A stretch of 64,000 nt of DNA from SAR86 cluster bacterium. GTDB lineage: Bacteria > Pseudomonadota > Gammaproteobacteria > Magnimaribacterales > D2472. Both the position numbers and the translations under genes were made by a program. A model generated the notes under the pieces. The model did not search any database, was not told the origin of the DNA, and saw only the letters and a list, made by a program, of their open reading frames with translations. The stretch is taken from NCBI GenBank assembly GCA_003331645.1, contig QOPI01000001.1, forward strand, positions 2,901 through 66,900. The letters run 5' to 3'. Positions 39,818-51,954 of the stretch are shown piece after piece. Numbering within the stretch: the first letter of the stretch is position 1; each line of letters begins with the position of its first letter.

Positions 39818-40224
39818 GCAACGTTATCTTCTTTAAGTTCTGGCTCTTCAATAACATCATTTTCCTCTGGCCTATCGACTAATTCAATATATGCCATATC
39901 AGCCTTATCACCTGGTCTAAAACCAGCTTTTATTATCCGGGTATATCCGCCACTCCTATCTTTTGCATTAATAGCAACAGATGAAAAGAGCTTACCAACT
40001 GCTTCATCAGATCTTAATCTATTAAATGCTAGCCTTCTATTAGCAACGTTATCAACTTTAGCCATAGTTATTAATGGCTCTATTGTCATTCTTAACTCTT
40101 TTGCCTTAGCTAAAGTTGTTCGAATAATCTCCCTTTCAATCAAAGCAATAGATAAATTTTTAAGCAATGCCTTTCTATGAGATGAATTTCTATTTAATTT
40201 TCTGCCAGCTTTTCTGTGTCGCAT
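39814..40224 (-). CDS. rplQ: 50S ribosomal protein L17
   Basis: 136 aa beginning [20 protein letters not shown], with a short acidic C-terminal tail. It is the last gene of the alpha cluster. Confidence 0.97.
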   Translation of the reverse strand: MRHRKAGRKLNRNSSHRKALLKNLSIALIEREIIRTTLAKAKELRMTIEPLITMAKVDNVANRRLAFNRLRSDEAVGKLFSSVAINAKDRSGGYTRIIKAGFRPGDKADMAYIELVDRPEENDVIEEPELKEDNVA

Positions 40225-40228
40225 ATTT

Positions 40229-41194
40229 TTAACCTAATGGAGGCCAATTCTCAACCACCATTCCTAGTGATAAGCCTTTTGATGCTAAAACATCTTTGAT
40301 TTCATTTAATGATTTCTTTCCAAGATTTGGTGTCTTTAATAAATCAAATTCCGATCTATGTATTAAATCTCCAATTAAGAAAATGCTTTCAGCTTTTAAA
40401 CAATTAGTAGATCTAACAGTCAATTCTAATTCTTCAATAGATCTAAGTAAGAGAGGATCAAAATCATTCTGATCTTTCTTAGCTTCCTGTTCAGCAATTG
40501 CATCTAAATCTACGAAGGCTGCTAATTGTTGCTGTAGGATTGTTGCACAATGTTCTATAGCCATTTTAGGATCGATAGTTCCATCAGTTTCTAATTCAAT
40601 TATGAGCTTATCGAGATCTGTACGTTTCTCAAATCTTGCATTATCTATTGAATAAGCAACTCTTCTAACTGGACTAAATGAAGCATCTACTTTTAAAGCT
40701 CCAATAGATGAATCTTCATCATCTCTTGAGTCAGCAGGCTCGTAACCTCTTCCAGTTTGAACAGTCACTGACATTTTAAGAGGTACTTTATCAACAATAG
40801 TTGCAATGTGATGCTCAGGGTCAACCAGCTCAACATTACCAGGAACTTCAAAAGATGCTGCTGAAACCTCACATGGTCCTGCTATATCTAATACTAAAGT
40901 TGCTGAAGTACCCTCGATGACCTTAACAGGTAAATCTTTTAGATTTAGAAGAATATCTATAACATCTTCCCTAACCCCTTCAATGGTTGAATATTCATGA
41001 GCAACTCCTTCAATAGTTGCATCTGTAACAGCTGCACCAGGCATTGAAGATAATAAGATCCTTCTTAAGGCATTACCTAGCGTATGTCCAAATCCTCTCT
41101 CTAGAGGCTCTAGTGTTACTTTTGAAACATTTAATCCAGCATCGTCTACTTGGATATCTGTTGGGACTAATAAGTCTATTACTGATGTTTGCAT
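40229..41194 (-). CDS. rpoA: DNA-directed RNA polymerase alpha subunit
   Basis: 321 aa from ATG 41194 ([11 protein letters not shown]...), with the SD AGGAAGG upstream. The track ORF starts at TTG 41242, inside rpsD. The C-terminal domain contains [13 protein letters not shown]. Confidence 0.96.
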   Translation of the reverse strand: MQTSVIDLLVPTDIQVDDAGLNVSKVTLEPLERGFGHTLGNALRRILLSSMPGAAVTDATIEGVAHEYSTIEGVREDVIDILLNLKDLPVKVIEGTSATLVLDIAGPCEVSAASFEVPGNVELVDPEHHIATIVDKVPLKMSVTVQTGRGYEPADSRDDEDSSIGALKVDASFSPVRRVAYSIDNARFEKRTDLDKLIIELETDGTIDPKMAIEHCATILQQQLAAFVDLDAIAEQEAKKDQNDFDPLLLRSIEELELTVRSTNCLKAESIFLIGDLIHRSEFDLLKTPNLGKKSLNEIKDVLASKGLSLGMVVENWPPLG

Positions 41195-41219
41195 AATTTT
41201 CCCTTCCTTATAAATTTTA

Positions 41220-41843
41220 TTACTTAGAGTAAAGCTCAACAATTAAGTTTTCATTAATTTCTGTACTTAGCTCAGTTCTATCTGGAACATTTCTAAATAC
41301 ACCTTTTAAATTCTTATCATCTACCTCTACCCAATCACACTCTTCTCTCGAGGCTGCTAGTTTTAAAGCAGCTTGAATTCTTAAATGGCCTTTTTTTGAT
41401 TCTCTAACTTCAATCTCATCACCAGCCTGAACTTGGTAGGATGGTATATTTACTGTTTTACCATTTACGCTAAATGCTTTATGTGAAACCATTTGCCTTG
41501 ATTCAGCTCGAGTACATCCAAAACCAAGTCTATAAACTACATTGTCTAATCTTTGCTCTAATAAAGATAAAAGATTTTCGCCAGTATTTCCTTTTGAAGA
41601 AGCTGCTTTTTTATAATAGTTCCTAAATTGTTTTTCTAAAACACCATACATTCTTCTAACTTTTTGCTTTTCTCTTAACTGAAGTCCGTAATCAGAAAGT
41701 CTCCCTCTTCGTGCACCTTGAGCAGCACCAGGAGGTGACTCCATATTGCATTTTGACTCTATAGCCCTTACTCCACTTTTTAGGAAAAGATCTGTGCCTT
41801 CTCTTCTAGATAGCCTTAATGATGGTCCTCTATATCTTGCCAT
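41220..41843 (-). CDS. rpsD: 30S ribosomal protein S4
   Basis: 207 aa beginning [24 protein letters not shown]. Confidence 0.97.
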   Translation of the reverse strand: MARYRGPSLRLSRREGTDLFLKSGVRAIESKCNMESPPGAAQGARRGRLSDYGLQLREKQKVRRMYGVLEKQFRNYYKKAASSKGNTGENLLSLLEQRLDNVVYRLGFGCTRAESRQMVSHKAFSVNGKTVNIPSYQVQAGDEIEVRESKKGHLRIQAALKLAASREECDWVEVDDKNLKGVFRNVPDRTELSTEINENLIVELYSK

Positions 41844-41853
41844 TTAAATCTCC

Positions 41854-42231
41854 TTAAACTCTTCTCTTTTTCGATGGTCTGCAACCATTATGTGGAAGCG
41901 GGGTAACATCAGTAATACTTTTAATCTTTAAACCACAGGCATTAAGTGATCGAATTGCAGATTCTCTTCCGCCTCCCGGACCTTTAACTTTTACATCTAA
42001 ATTGATCATGCCAAATTCTTTTGCTGCAGTTCCAGCCTTTTCAGCTGCTATCTGTGCTGCAAAAGGAGTACTTTTTCTTGAGCCTTTGAATCCAGATCCT
42101 CCTGAAGTTGCCCAACAAATTGTATTTCCTTGTTTATCTGTAATAGTTACTATTGTGTTATTAAATGAAGAATGTATATGTGCTACACCTTCATTGACTA
42201 CTTTTTTTGATTTTTTGCCTTTTACTGCCAT
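41854..42231 (-). CDS. rpsK: 30S ribosomal protein S11
   Basis: 125 aa with [18 protein letters not shown] and [16 protein letters not shown] motifs. Confidence 0.97.
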   Translation of the reverse strand: MAVKGKKSKKVVNEGVAHIHSSFNNTIVTITDKQGNTICWATSGGSGFKGSRKSTPFAAQIAAEKAGTAAKEFGMINLDVKVKGPGGGRESAIRSLNACGLKIKSITDVTPLPHNGCRPSKKRRV

Positions 42232-42235
42232 TTAA

Positions 42236-42592
42236 TTAACCTCTCATTGGTTTTTTTACACCTTTACGTGTTCTAGCATTCGTTTTAGTTCTTTGTCCTC
42301 TAGTAGGAAGTTTTCTTCTATGCCTTATGCCTCTATAACTTCCTAAATCCATTAATCTTTTAATATTGGTACTTACATTTCTTCTAAGGTCCCCCTCTAC
42401 TACAAGAGTACCAATTGCTGTTCTTATTTTTTCTACCTCATCCTCACTTAGGTCTGAAACCTTTCTTGTAAAATCTATTTTAAGATCGTTACAGATGTCT
42501 TGTGCTGTTTTTCTACCAATACCAAACACATGGGTCAGTGATATCTCAACATGTTTATTTTCTGGGATATTTACACCCGCGATTCTTGCCAT
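42236..42592 (-). CDS. rpsM: 30S ribosomal protein S13
   Basis: 118 aa beginning [26 protein letters not shown]. Confidence 0.97.
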   Translation of the reverse strand: MARIAGVNIPENKHVEISLTHVFGIGRKTAQDICNDLKIDFTRKVSDLSEDEVEKIRTAIGTLVVEGDLRRNVSTNIKRLMDLGSYRGIRHRRKLPTRGQRTKTNARTRKGVKKPMRG

Positions 42593-42595
42593 AAT

Positions 42596-42712
42596 TTATC
42601 CTTGCCTCTGTTTATGTTTAGGGTCAGAACTGCAAATAACATAAAGAACTCCATTACGTCTTACAATTTTACAATTTCTGCATATTTTTTTGACTGATGC
42701 TCTTACTTTCAT
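42596..42712 (-). CDS. rpmJ: 50S ribosomal protein L36 (absent from the supplied ORF track)
   Basis: Hand translation of the minus strand gives [38 protein letters not shown] (38 aa). This is the classic zinc-ribbon L36 in its canonical slot between secY and rpsM. The gaps are 1 nt to secY and 3 nt to rpsM. Confidence 0.93.
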   Translation of the reverse strand: MKVRASVKKICRNCKIVRRNGVLYVICSSDPKHKQRQG

Positions 42713-42713
42713 A

Positions 42714-44009
42714 TTACCTTCTATAGTTTTTTAAATTTGCTTTCTTCATTAAAGATGAATATTGACTAGACATCATGTGAGATTGAACTTGTGCAATAAA
42801 GTCCATTAATACAACAACAATAATCAATACCGAAGTTCCACCAAAATAAAATGATACTCCTGCAAAATTAATTAATGCCAATGGTAATAAACATATTAGT
42901 GTTAAATATATTGCGCCAAATACGGTCAGTCTTGCAAGTACGCTATCTATGTATTGTGCAGTTTGTTCTCCTGGTCTTATTCCTGCTATGTATGCCCCTG
43001 ACCTTTTTAAATTATCAGAAACTTCTCTAGTATTAAATGTCAACGCCAGCCAAATAAAACAAAATGAAATTATCAATGCTGAAAAAACTAAAATATATAA
43101 AGGCTGTCCAGGTGTTAACGCTAGTGAAGCTGTCTGTAAAAAGCTGGTGCCTTCGCTTTGTCCAAACCATGATGCTAATGAGGCAGGAAAAAGTAAAAAA
43201 GTGCTTGCAAAAATTGCCGGAATAACTCCAGCCATATTTACTTTAAAAGGCAGATGACTAGACTGAGCTTGCATTAGTTTTCTACCTTGTTGTCTTTGAG
43301 CATAATTCACTGTTATTCGTCTTTGTCCTCTTTCAATAAAGACAACAACCGCTATGACAACCATAGCAAGAACAGCAATAGCAAGAAGTAGTAATATATT
43401 TAAATCGCCTTGTCTAGATTGTTCTAATGCCTGACCGATAGCGCCTGGTATGCCTGTTAATATGCTAGTAGCAATGATAAGAGATATGCCATTACCAATA
43501 CCTCTTTCAGAAATCTGCTCCCCAAGCCACATAAGGAATACAGTACCTGCAACTACTGAGAATACTGCCGAAGCAAAAAAAGCAGCCCCAGGAGCATAAG
43601 CAAGTCCACTGCTGCTTAAAGTGACAGCTAAAGCGGATGCTTGTATAAATGCAAGAACTACTGTGCCATATCTAGTATATTGAGTAATCTGGTTTCTTCC
43701 AGCCTGGCCATCTTTTTTTAGTTCCTGTAGATATGGAATTGAGTTGGAGAATAACTGCATAATAATTGCTGAAGATATATAAGGCACAACATTAAGCGCA
43801 AATATACTCATTCTTTCTAATGCACCGCCAGAAAATAAATTAAACATATCTAAAAGAGTGCCTTGATTCTGCTCAAATAAAGAAGATAACCTGTCTGGAT
43901 CAATACCTGGAATTGGTATATGTGTACCCAATCGATAGACAAGAATAGCTACAAAAACAAATCGTAGTCTTTTCCATAAATCGCTCATACCCTTTCCTTG
44001 ATCAGCCAT
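42714..44009 (-). CDS. secY: preprotein translocase subunit SecY
   Basis: 431 aa with about 10 TM segments, containing [15 protein letters not shown]. Position is rplO-secY-rpmJ. Confidence 0.97.
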   Translation of the reverse strand: MADQGKGMSDLWKRLRFVFVAILVYRLGTHIPIPGIDPDRLSSLFEQNQGTLLDMFNLFSGGALERMSIFALNVVPYISSAIIMQLFSNSIPYLQELKKDGQAGRNQITQYTRYGTVVLAFIQASALAVTLSSSGLAYAPGAAFFASAVFSVVAGTVFLMWLGEQISERGIGNGISLIIATSILTGIPGAIGQALEQSRQGDLNILLLLAIAVLAMVVIAVVVFIERGQRRITVNYAQRQQGRKLMQAQSSHLPFKVNMAGVIPAIFASTFLLFPASLASWFGQSEGTSFLQTASLALTPGQPLYILVFSALIISFCFIWLALTFNTREVSDNLKRSGAYIAGIRPGEQTAQYIDSVLARLTVFGAIYLTLICLLPLALINFAGVSFYFGGTSVLIIVVVLMDFIAQVQSHMMSSQYSSLMKKANLKNYRR

Positions 44010-44012
44010 TTG

Positions 44013-44462
44013 TTATTCCGCTACGGACCCTCCAGCTTTTTCAATTGATAATTTAGCTCCCTTTGTAACTTTGATACCAACTACATTAATTTTTGATGAT
44101 ATTTCAGTATTACCAAATATTTTTACCTTACTAATTTTTTTACTTATTATTTTATTTTCTTTGAGTGAGTTTATAGACACTTCTTTCATGCCTTCAAGTA
44201 ACTTAATATTTACCTCTTTTAATAAATTATTCTTTCTAGAGGAGAATCCAAATTTAGGGACCCGCTGTTGTAATGGCATTTGTCCGCCTTCAAAGCCAGG
44301 TCTAACATTGCCGCCAGATCTCGATTTTTGACCTTTATGTCCCCTTCCTGCTGTTTTGCCAGTTCCTGAACCAATACCTCTTCCAACTCTCTTTCTATTT
44401 TGGCTAGTGCCTGAATTAGATAAGGTATTAAGGGCTAATTTATTTGTATTTTCTTCAGTCAT
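44013..44462 (-). CDS. rplO: 50S ribosomal protein L15
   Basis: 149 aa with RVGRGIGSGTGKTAGRGHKGQKSRSGG. Confidence 0.96.
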   Translation of the reverse strand: MTEENTNKLALNTLSNSGTSQNRKRVGRGIGSGTGKTAGRGHKGQKSRSGGNVRPGFEGGQMPLQQRVPKFGFSSRKNNLLKEVNIKLLEGMKEVSINSLKENKIISKKISKVKIFGNTEISSKINVVGIKVTKGAKLSIEKAGGSVAE

Positions 44463-44464
44463 TA

Positions 44465-44653
44465 TTAACTATCCATTACTTCAAGCATGTCAGAAATCTT
44501 ATTCATCATTCCTCTATTGCTAGGTGTATCTATTATCATTACAGTTTGATTTAATTTTTTAAAACCTAGTCCTTTTATACAAAGCTTATGCGATTTCATT
44601 CTGCCAATACCGCTTTTGATTAATTTAATTTTTATTGTCTTTTCTTTGCTCAT
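44465..44653 (-). CDS. rpmD: 50S ribosomal protein L30
   Basis: 62 aa with [24 protein letters not shown]. It overlaps rpsE by 4 nt (ATGA). Confidence 0.95.
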   Translation of the reverse strand: MSKEKTIKIKLIKSGIGRMKSHKLCIKGLGFKKLNQTVMIIDTPSNRGMMNKISDMLEVMDS

Positions 44654-45162
44654 AATTCTTCTTCTGATGATTTACCGCGTCTTGATGCAACTGTTTTAGG
44701 TGACTCCATTGAACTTAAAGCATTAATTGTTGCTCTAACAACATTAACTGGATTTGTTGATCCATAGCATTTTGCTAAAACGTTTTGAACTCCAGCAAGC
44801 TCTAAAACTGCTCTCATTGCTCCTCCAGCAATAATGCCTGTACCTTCTGAAGCAGGTTGCATATAGACATTTGCTGAATTATGTTTAGCCTTAATTGGAT
44901 ACCATAAAGTTGTATTATTTAATTCAACATCTATCATGCTGCGCCTAGCATTCTCCATAGCTTTTTGAATTGCAATAGGAACTTCTTTGGCTTTACCCCT
45001 TCCAAATCCAACTCTGCCCTTACCATCACCAACAACAGTTAAAGCAGTAAATCCAAAGATTCTTCCACCTTTGACAACCTTAGCAACTCTGTTAACTTGA
45101 ACAAGCTTCTCTTCAAGAGCGTCTTGTTGTTGTCCTGCAGTATTTAAATTTTCTTGTTTCAT
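44650..45162 (-). CDS. rpsE: 30S ribosomal protein S5
   Basis: 170 aa with [35 protein letters not shown]. Confidence 0.97.
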   Translation of the reverse strand: MKQENLNTAGQQQDALEEKLVQVNRVAKVVKGGRIFGFTALTVVGDGKGRVGFGRGKAKEVPIAIQKAMENARRSMIDVELNNTTLWYPIKAKHNSANVYMQPASEGTGIIAGGAMRAVLELAGVQNVLAKCYGSTNPVNVVRATINALSSMESPKTVASRRGKSSEEEL

Positions 45163-45168
45163 ATTTAA

Positions 45169-45516
45169 TTAAAACTCCAAGCCAGCTTCTCTGGCAGAAT
45201 CTGCAAAAGCTTTAATGCGACCATGATATTTATAACCCGATCTATCAAAAACCACTTTCTTAATACCATTTTCTAAAGCTCTTTCCGCAATCTTTTTGCC
45301 TAAATCTTTAGCACTATCCATATTATTATTCTTAGATTTAGCATCTTTCTCTACAGTAGAGGCTGATGTAATAATGTTTGATCCAAGATTATCAAAAAGT
45401 TGTGCATAAAAATTCTTTGATGATCTGTATACACTTAATCTGGGTGTAGCTTGTTCACGAATCTTCATACGTGTTCTTTTAGCTCTTCTTAATCTAGATA
45501 TATTTTTTTCACTCAT
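45169..45516 (-). CDS. rplR: 50S ribosomal protein L18
   Basis: 115 aa with RLSVYRSSKNFYAQL and FDRSGYKYHGRIKAFADSAREAGLEF motifs. Confidence 0.96.
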   Translation of the reverse strand: MSEKNISRLRRAKRTRMKIREQATPRLSVYRSSKNFYAQLFDNLGSNIITSASTVEKDAKSKNNNMDSAKDLGKKIAERALENGIKKVVFDRSGYKYHGRIKAFADSAREAGLEF

Positions 45517-45518
45517 TC

Positions 45519-46058
45519 TTATGCTCCAGCAGCCTTTTTAGCTTCTTTTCTCTTAATCACTTCATCCGCATACTTCACGCCTTTGCCTTTATATGGTTCA
45601 GGTGGCCTAAATGCTCTAATTTCTGCAGCGGCTTGACCTAAAGCTTGCTTATTATGACTACTTAAAACTACTTCAGTTTGAGAAGGAGTCTCAACACTAA
45701 CATCCTCAGGAAGCTGATATTTTACTGGATGAGAAAAACCAAGACTAAGTTCAAGAAGTTTGCCTGAGGCTTTTGCTCTGTAACCAACTCCAACTAACTG
45801 AAGCTTCTTTTGAAAACCCTCTGAAACTCCAATCACCATATTATTAACTAAAGCTCTTGTCGTTCCAGCTAAAGCAACAGACTGTTGAGATTCTTGATAT
45901 TGAACAGTGATTATATTTTCCTCGTAATTTAATGAAACTGAATCTGGTATCTTGAAATTTAGATTTCCTTTAGAGCCTGAAACTTCAATAATTGAGTTTT
46001 CAATACTTACTTTTACAGAATCTGGAATAGTTATTGGATTTTTTGCAACTCTAGACAT
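45519..46058 (-). CDS. rplF: 50S ribosomal protein L6
   Basis: 179 aa beginning MSRVAKNPITIP, ending PPEPYKGKGVKYADEVIKRKEAKK. Confidence 0.96.
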   Translation of the reverse strand: MSRVAKNPITIPDSVKVSIENSIIEVSGSKGNLNFKIPDSVSLNYEENIITVQYQESQQSVALAGTTRALVNNMVIGVSEGFQKKLQLVGVGYRAKASGKLLELSLGFSHPVKYQLPEDVSVETPSQTEVVLSSHNKQALGQAAAEIRAFRPPEPYKGKGVKYADEVIKRKEAKKAAGA

Positions 46059-46060
46059 GA

Positions 46061-46459
46061 TTAAAATACCTCGCAGAGGACCTCTCCTCCGATATTCTTT
46101 GCCTTAGCTTCTTTATCAGTCATTAAGCCTTGATTGGTTGAAATAATATACATACCTAACCCGTTTTTGACTGGTTTCAAGTCCTCTGGACCTGAATACC
46201 TTCTAAGACTGGGTTTGCTGATTCTTTTTAAATCTTTAATTGCTGGCTGTGAATTGAAATACTTTAGAACAATATTAATTGAAGCTTTATTATTATCTTC
46301 TTCTACTTTTTCACAACCTTTTATATAGCCTTCATTAACAAGAACATTTACAAGCTCATGTTTCATCTTTGAATATGGCGCAGAAACTTCTACCTTTCCT
46401 CGCATTAAGCCATTACGAATTCTGGTTAAACAATCTGATATAGGATCTTGAAAACTCAT
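46061..46459 (-). CDS. rpsH: 30S ribosomal protein S8
   Basis: 132 aa beginning MSFQDPISDCLTRIRNG, ending GGEVLCEVF. Confidence 0.96.
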   Translation of the reverse strand: MSFQDPISDCLTRIRNGLMRGKVEVSAPYSKMKHELVNVLVNEGYIKGCEKVEEDNNKASINIVLKYFNSQPAIKDLKRISKPSLRRYSGPEDLKPVKNGLGMYIISTNQGLMTDKEAKAKNIGGEVLCEVF

Positions 46460-46463
46460 ATTA

Positions 46464-46769
46464 TTACCAACTTGATTTAACTAAACCTGGAATATCACCT
46501 CTCATAGCTGCTTCTCTTAGCTTAATTCGGCTAAGGCCAAATTTTCTATAGACAGCATGTGGTCTTCCAGTTATTGAACATCTTCTTACAACCCTCGAAG
46601 CGCTAGCATTTCTAGGTAATTTCTGAAGCTTTCTATATGCTTCTGATCTCTCTTCATCACTAGCATTCATATTCTTAAAAATAGCTTTTAATTCAGCTTT
46701 CTTGGCAGCATATTTAGCTACAGTTTTTTTTCTTTTTTCTTCTCTTGCAATCATTGATTTCTTAGCCAT
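46464..46769 (-). CDS. rpsN: 30S ribosomal protein S14
   Basis: 101 aa beginning [15 protein letters not shown], ending [39 protein letters not shown]. Confidence 0.96.
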   Translation of the reverse strand: MAKKSMIAREEKRKKTVAKYAAKKAELKAIFKNMNASDEERSEAYRKLQKLPRNASASRVVRRCSITGRPHAVYRKFGLSRIKLREAAMRGDIPGLVKSSW

Positions 46770-46777
46770 ATATCTAC

Positions 46778-47317
46778 CTACTTCTTAAATGGGAATTCTA
46801 ATACTTCTAGTAAAGCTTTAGCTTCATCTTTTGTATTTGCTGAAGTATTGATGCATATATCCATACCTCGAATATTATCTATATTGTCATAATTAATTTC
46901 TGGGAAAATAATTTGTTCTTTTATTCCAAAACTGTAATTTCCCTGGCCATCAAACGATTTTGGATTTAAGCCTCTAAAGTCTCTTTCTCTTGGGATAGCA
47001 ATATTTATCAATCTTTCAACAAAGTCATACATTCTTTCGCCTCTCAGAGTTACTTTGCAACCAATTGGGTACCCTTCTCTAATTTTAAAACTGGCTACAG
47101 ATTTTCTTGCTTTCGTAGTGACTACTTTTTGACCTGAAATAGCTTCCAAGTCAGCTACTGCGGAAGTTAAATGCTTCTTATCAGTTAATGCCTGACCAAC
47201 ACCCATATTTATTACAACTTTTTTCAATCTTGGTACAGCCATAACATTAGACATGCCAAGTTTTTCTTGTAAAACAGGGACCATTTCTGTATTGAATTTT
47301 TGTTTTAAATTAGCCAT
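46778..47317 (-). CDS. rplE: 50S ribosomal protein L5
   Basis: 179 aa with [18 protein letters not shown] and [15 protein letters not shown] motifs. Confidence 0.96.
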   Translation of the reverse strand: MANLKQKFNTEMVPVLQEKLGMSNVMAVPRLKKVVINMGVGQALTDKKHLTSAVADLEAISGQKVVTTKARKSVASFKIREGYPIGCKVTLRGERMYDFVERLINIAIPRERDFRGLNPKSFDGQGNYSFGIKEQIIFPEINYDNIDNIRGMDICINTSANTKDEAKALLEVLEFPFKK

Positions 47318-47656
47318 TTAACTTATTTCCACGTCGTTAGATTTATATAATCTAATTTTTTTTCCATTTTTGTCTGTTGAATACTTAATCTTATCTGCAC
47401 CCTTCTTTTTTGGATTCCAAATGGATACATTAGATAAATCAATTGCAGCTTCCTGTTCAACAATTCCTCCAGCAATTCCCATTTGAGGGTTTGGTTTAGT
47501 GTGTTTCTTAACCATATTTATCCCTGAAACAATTACTCTATTATTGCTTTTCATTATTTTTCTAATATTGCCTTTTTTACCAATATCCTTACCAGCGATT
47601 ACTACTACTTCATCACCAGCTTTAAGTTTTGTATTTGTACTATTAAATTTATTCAT
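47318..47656 (-). CDS. rplX: 50S ribosomal protein L24
   Basis: 112 aa with the KOW motif KAGDEVVVIAGKDIGKKG. It joins rplN through a TAATG junction. Confidence 0.95.
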   Translation of the reverse strand: MNKFNSTNTKLKAGDEVVVIAGKDIGKKGNIRKIMKSNNRVIVSGINMVKKHTKPNPQMGIAGGIVEQEAAIDLSNVSIWNPKKKGADKIKYSTDKNGKKIRLYKSNDVEIS

Positions 47657-48024
47657 TATAAAACTTCAGGTGCTAAGGATAATATTTTCATAAAACTTCC
47701 ATCCCTTAACTCTCTTGTCACAGGACCAAAGACCCTTGTTCCTATAGGAGCTTTTTGATTATTAAGTAAAACTGCAGCATTCTCATCAAATTTTATTAAT
47801 GAGCCATCTCTTCGTCTTACACCCTTCTTTGTTCTAACTATTAAAGCATCAACAACTTGTCCTTTTTTAACTTTACCGGTAGGAATAGCTTCACGAACAG
47901 CAACCTTAATAATGTCTCCAATATTTGCATAACGTCTTTTTGATCCACCAAGAACTTTAATGCACATTACACTTCTAGCTCCGCTATTGTCTGCAATCTT
48001 AAGAATTGTTTGCATTTGTATCAT
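47656..48024 (-). CDS. rplN: 50S ribosomal protein L14
   Basis: 122 aa beginning [28 protein letters not shown]. Confidence 0.97.
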   Translation of the reverse strand: MIQMQTILKIADNSGARSVMCIKVLGGSKRRYANIGDIIKVAVREAIPTGKVKKGQVVDALIVRTKKGVRRRDGSLIKFDENAAVLLNNQKAPIGTRVFGPVTRELRDGSFMKILSLAPEVL

Positions 48025-48323
48025 TATGCTGACTCCTCTGACGAATCTTTTTCGACTGATACTTTATTCTCATTCTTAATATCTTGATCAGAAACGAGCA
48101 CCCATGTTTTGCTTTTTGAAATAGGTCTGCATTCTTTAACAGTAACCATGTCTCCGATAGCAGCTTCATTTAAAGCATCATGAGCATGAACCTTAGTTGT
48201 ACGTTTCATAATCTTTCCATAAAGAGGATGGCGAACTTTTCTTTCGACCTTAACAGTAATTGTCTTATCTGCCTTATCAGAGACAACAACTCCTGTAAGA
48301 AGTCTTGGATTTGAAGATTCCAT
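48024..48323 (-). CDS. rpsQ: 30S ribosomal protein S17 (with a short acidic C-terminal tail)
   Basis: 99 aa with [29 protein letters not shown]. The tail ...EKDSSEESA extends beyond the E. coli length of 84 aa. Confidence 0.96.
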   Translation of the reverse strand: MESSNPRLLTGVVVSDKADKTITVKVERKVRHPLYGKIMKRTTKVHAHDALNEAAIGDMVTVKECRPISKSKTWVLVSDQDIKNENKVSVEKDSSEESA

Positions 48324-48529
48324 TATTTGCTTTCCTTATTTTTCATTTCAGTAATTAGAGTCTTAATTCTTGCAACTTTTCTTCTATTAATTTTTAGAAG
48401 ATTTGTCTCGTTCAGTTGTCCTGTTTTATGCTTAATGCGCATAGTAAATTGCTCAGCTCGAACTGCTGCAAGCTCTTGATCTAATTGATCTAAATCTTTT
48501 TTTCTTAAATCTATTAACTCTTTACTCAT
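48323..48529 (-). CDS. rpmC: 50S ribosomal protein L29
   Basis: 68 aa with the L29 pattern [26 protein letters not shown]. Confidence 0.94.
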   Translation of the reverse strand: MSKELIDLRKKDLDQLDQELAAVRAEQFTMRIKHKTGQLNETNLLKINRRKVARIKTLITEMKNKESK

Positions 48530-48531
48530 TG

Positions 48532-48939
48532 TTAATCCTTTTGTATGAAGCGAGTTTTAACTGGTAATTTTGCAGCAGCTAACTTAAAAGCCTCTCTAGC
48601 AAGTTCTTCCGTTACTCCAGCCATTTCAAACATAACTTTTCCTGGTTGCACTAATGCAACCCAGTACTCTACATTTCCTTTTCCTTTCCCCATTCTTACT
48701 TCAAGAGGTTTTTTTGTTATAGGCTTATCAGGGAATAATCTTATCCAGATATTACCTCCTCTTTTTATATGCCTTGTCATTGCTCGTCTAGCAGCTTCAA
48801 TTTGCCTTGCGGTTATTCTTCCTCTATCAGCTGCAACAAGCCCAAATCTTCCGAAAGCTACAGAATTACCATTTTGAGCAAGGCCTCTATTTCGGCCTTT
48901 ATGCATTTTCCTAAATTTTGTTTGTTTTGGCTGTAACAT
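48532..48939 (-). CDS. rplP: 50S ribosomal protein L16
   Basis: 135 aa beginning [19 protein letters not shown]. Confidence 0.97.
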   Translation of the reverse strand: MLQPKQTKFRKMHKGRNRGLAQNGNSVAFGRFGLVAADRGRITARQIEAARRAMTRHIKRGGNIWIRLFPDKPITKKPLEVRMGKGKGNVEYWVALVQPGKVMFEMAGVTEELAREAFKLAAAKLPVKTRFIQKD

Positions 48940-48951
48940 AATTTTTAATAG

Positions 48952-49605
48952 TTATTTATCATCTTGTTTAAAAGGATCATCCATTACTTCACCTTTAAAT
49001 ACCCAAACTTTAACTCCAATAATTCCATAGGTAGTTAAGGCTTCTGCTGTTCCATAATCAATATCTGCTCTTAAAGTATGTAGCGGTACTCGTCCCTCTC
49101 TATACCATTCAGTTCTAGCTATTTCAGCACCATTTAATCGACCTGAAACTTCTATTCTTACACCTTTAGCGCTTTGTCTTAGAGCACTTTGAACTGTTCT
49201 TTTCATGGCTCTTCTGAACATTACTCTTCTTTCTAGCTGCTGAGCTACACCTTCAGCTAAAATCGTTGCATCTAAATCAGGTTTCTTTACCTCTTTAATA
49301 TTAATTTGAGTCGATTTCCTAACTATTTTTTCTATAGCTTTTTTTAGATTTTCTATTTCCTCGCCTCTTTTTCCAATAATGATTCCTGGTCTAGATGTGT
49401 AAATAAATACAACAAAATTATCAGCAGATCTCTCTAGTTCAATCTTGCTTACAGATGAAAATTTTAATCTCTTCTTTAAAAATTCTCTTACTTTTAAGTC
49501 CTGTACTAAGTTTTCAGGGAATGACTTGCCTTTTGCATACCAATTTGCATTATGCTTTTTGACAACCCCTAATCTAAAACCATTTGGATGAACTTTTTGT
49601 CCCAT
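48952..49605 (-). CDS. rpsC: 30S ribosomal protein S3
   Basis: 217 aa beginning [14 protein letters not shown], with the KH domain [12 protein letters not shown]. Confidence 0.97.
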   Translation of the reverse strand: MGQKVHPNGFRLGVVKKHNANWYAKGKSFPENLVQDLKVREFLKKRLKFSSVSKIELERSADNFVVFIYTSRPGIIIGKRGEEIENLKKAIEKIVRKSTQINIKEVKKPDLDATILAEGVAQQLERRVMFRRAMKRTVQSALRQSAKGVRIEVSGRLNGAEIARTEWYREGRVPLHTLRADIDYGTAEALTTYGIIGVKVWVFKGEVMDDPFKQDDK

Positions 49606-49943
49606 TATTTCTCCTGATCAGCAAGTATGATTTCAATATGGCAAGTTGGCTTAATAATCCTATCAGCTCTTCCTCTTGCTCTTGGCTTCATGCGCTTTAA
49701 TCTCATTCCTTGGTTAACAATTATTGATTTAATAACTAATAAATCTATGTCTGCTTTTTCATTATTCTCAGCATTTGCAATAGCTGACTCTAGTAATTTT
49801 TTAATAACAGCAGAGCCTTTTTGTTTATTAAACACTAGAAAATCTAAAGCATCCTGAACTGATTTACCTCTTACAGCATTAGCTACAAGTCCTGCCTTTT
49901 GAGGCGATAATCTTGTTCCTTTTAAATACGCTCTAGTTTCCAT
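49605..49943 (-). CDS. rplV: 50S ribosomal protein L22
   Basis: 112 aa with [19 protein letters not shown] and [19 protein letters not shown] motifs. Confidence 0.96.
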   Translation of the reverse strand: METRAYLKGTRLSPQKAGLVANAVRGKSVQDALDFLVFNKQKGSAVIKKLLESAIANAENNEKADIDLLVIKSIIVNQGMRLKRMKPRARGRADRIIKPTCHIEIILADQEK

Positions 49944-50215
49944 TATTTTGTCTTCCTATCGCCTGAATGCATCTTAAATGTTCTCGTAATGGCGAATTCA
50001 CCTAGTTTGTGTCCAACCATATCTTCATTAATATATACAGGAACATGTTGTCTGCCATTGTGAACAGCAATTGTTAAACCTACCATTGAGGGAACAACCA
50101 TAGATCTTCTTGACCATGTTTTAATTGGTCTTTTATCGTTAGATGCATTGGCCGCATCAACTTTCTTCTCTAAAGAAAGATCAACGAATGGGCCTTTTTT
50201 TAATGATCTTGGCAT
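49943..50215 (-). CDS. rpsS: 30S ribosomal protein S19
   Basis: 90 aa beginning [12 protein letters not shown], with [12 protein letters not shown] and GHKLGEF motifs. Confidence 0.97.
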   Translation of the reverse strand: MPRSLKKGPFVDLSLEKKVDAANASNDKRPIKTWSRRSMVVPSMVGLTIAVHNGRQHVPVYINEDMVGHKLGEFAITRTFKMHSGDRKTK

Positions 50216-50217
50216 AA

Positions 50218-51045
50218 TTACTTCCTAGTTCCTTTTCTTCTGATAATTAAATCATTTGTTCTCTTATTTTTTCTTGTTTTATAACCTTTCGTGGGTACTC
50301 CCCATGGAGTTGAGGGGTGTCTTCCGCCAGAGGTTCTTCCTTCACCACCTCCGTGAGGGTGATCTACAGGGTTCATAGCGACACCTCTAACAGTTGGTCT
50401 AACGCCTCTCCATCTTTTAGCACCAGCTTTTCCTAATGATCTTAGATTGTGTTCGCTATTGCATACTGTACCTAATGTAGCTCTGCAATCTGCTAGAACT
50501 TTTCTTGTTTCACCCGATTGAAGTCTTAGAGTTACGTATATGCCTTCTTTTGCAATTAATCTAGCTGAAGTTCCGGCACTTCTGGCAAGCTGGGCTCCTT
50601 TCAGGGGTTTTAATTCAATACAATGCACATTTGTTCCTAAAGGAATATCTTTAAGCATCATAGAATTACCAGTTTTAATCTCTGCAGAGTCAGAAGATAT
50701 AATTTCATCTCCAACTCTTAATTTTGCTGGAGCAATAATATATCTTCTTTCTCCATCTTTATATTTCAGCAAGGCGATATGGGCGGTCCTGTTAGGATCA
50801 TACTCAATGGTTTCAACAACAGCTGCTATATCTAACTTATCTCTTTTAAAATCAATAACTCTATAATGCTGCTTATGTCCGCCCCCTTGATGACGAACAG
50901 TAATTCGACCATTATTATTTCTTCCGCCATTCTTAGATTTAGGCTGAAGAAGACCTTTAAAAGGTTTGCCTTTGTGTAGATCAGATTTAACTGAAATAAC
51001 ATGCCTTCGAGCAGGACTAGTCGGTTTGGCCTTTACAATAGTCAT
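50218..51045 (-). CDS. rplB: 50S ribosomal protein L2
   Basis: 275 aa with [19 protein letters not shown]. Confidence 0.98.
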   Translation of the reverse strand: MTIVKAKPTSPARRHVISVKSDLHKGKPFKGLLQPKSKNGGRNNNGRITVRHQGGGHKQHYRVIDFKRDKLDIAAVVETIEYDPNRTAHIALLKYKDGERRYIIAPAKLRVGDEIISSDSAEIKTGNSMMLKDIPLGTNVHCIELKPLKGAQLARSAGTSARLIAKEGIYVTLRLQSGETRKVLADCRATLGTVCNSEHNLRSLGKAGAKRWRGVRPTVRGVAMNPVDHPHGGGEGRTSGGRHPSTPWGVPTKGYKTRKNKRTNDLIIRRKGTRK

Positions 51046-51046
51046 T

Positions 51047-51343
51047 TTAATTCATTCCCTCAAATTGAATATCTGAATCTTGGCTTAAGGTTACAAAAGC
51101 TTTTTTGTAATTAGATCTTTTGTATGTACCTGTTCTATTTCTTTTTGTCTTTCCTTTAACAACAGATGTGGTTACAGCTATAACTTCAACCTTAAAAAGC
51201 TCTTCAACAGCTTGTTTAATCTCTCTTTTATTTGCATTAAGATCAACCTTAAATATAACTTGCTTAAATTTTTCATTAAGTCGTGCTGATTTCTCAGTTA
51301 TTATTGGAGCTTTAATTAATGTAAAAAGTTTCTCATTTAACAT
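51047..51343 (-). CDS. rplW: 50S ribosomal protein L23
   Basis: L23 core [10 protein letters not shown]...KVEVIAVTT. The track uses GTG 51352. I prefer ATG 51343 (MLNEKLF...), which has a GAGGAG SD 8 nt upstream and forms the same TAATG junction with the rplD stop seen elsewhere in the cluster. Confidence 0.93.
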   Translation of the reverse strand: MLNEKLFTLIKAPIITEKSARLNEKFKQVIFKVDLNANKREIKQAVEELFKVEVIAVTTSVVKGKTKRNRTGTYKRSNYKKAFVTLSQDSDIQFEGMN

Positions 51344-51954
51344 TAGATCCACTCCTCTATTAATTTAAAAGCTGCAGCAGTGACAGCAACTTTGTCAGAT
51401 TTTAATAAAATTACTGGGTTTATTTCTTTAACAGTTATAACATCAACATTTGGTATATTCCTAGCTGATAAATAAAAATTTGAATCAAAATTATCTGTAA
51501 TGAACAATACTTTACTTAAAGAAAAGTCTTTAAGGAACTTTGCAATCTCTTTAGTTTTTGGTTTGTCTAAGACTGGTGTTTCTATTGCAACTAATTTTCC
51601 TTGCCTTAATAACTCTGAAAAAATTGATCTTAAGGCTGCTCGGTACATTTTCTTGTTTATTTTCTTGCTATAGTCTCTTGGAGTTGCTGCAAAAGTTACA
51701 CCACCACCTCTCCATAATGGACTTCTGATTGTTCCAGCACGTGCTCTTCCAGTTCCTTTTTGTCTGTATGGCTTTTTGCCTCCACCTCTTACTTCAGAAC
51801 GTGTTTTTTGTTTTGCAGATCCTTGTCTAGATCCAGCCATATAGCTTACAACAGCCTGATGAACTAATGATTCATTAAAGTCTTTACCAAAAGTTGCTTC
51901 AGAAATTGTAATGCCTGATTTTTTTGCTGATGATGTTAATAAATCTATTTTCAT
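51343..51954 (-). CDS. rplD: 50S ribosomal protein L4
   Basis: 203 aa with [34 protein letters not shown]. Confidence 0.97.
   Translation of the reverse strand: MKIDLLTSSAKKSGITISEATFGKDFNESLVHQAVVSYMAGSRQGSAKQKTRSEVRGGGKKPYRQKGTGRARAGTIRSPLWRGGGVTFAATPRDYSKKINKKMYRAALRSIFSELLRQGKLVAIETPVLDKPKTKEIAKFLKDFSLSKVLFITDNFDSNFYLSARNIPNVDVITVKEINPVILLKSDKVAVTAAAFKLIEEWI

Noticed and set aside
41195-41242. 16-codon N-terminal extension of rpoA starting at TTG 41242.
   Set aside because: It overlaps rpsD. RpoA orthologues begin near MQ.SV..., and ATG 41194 has an AGGAAGG SD.
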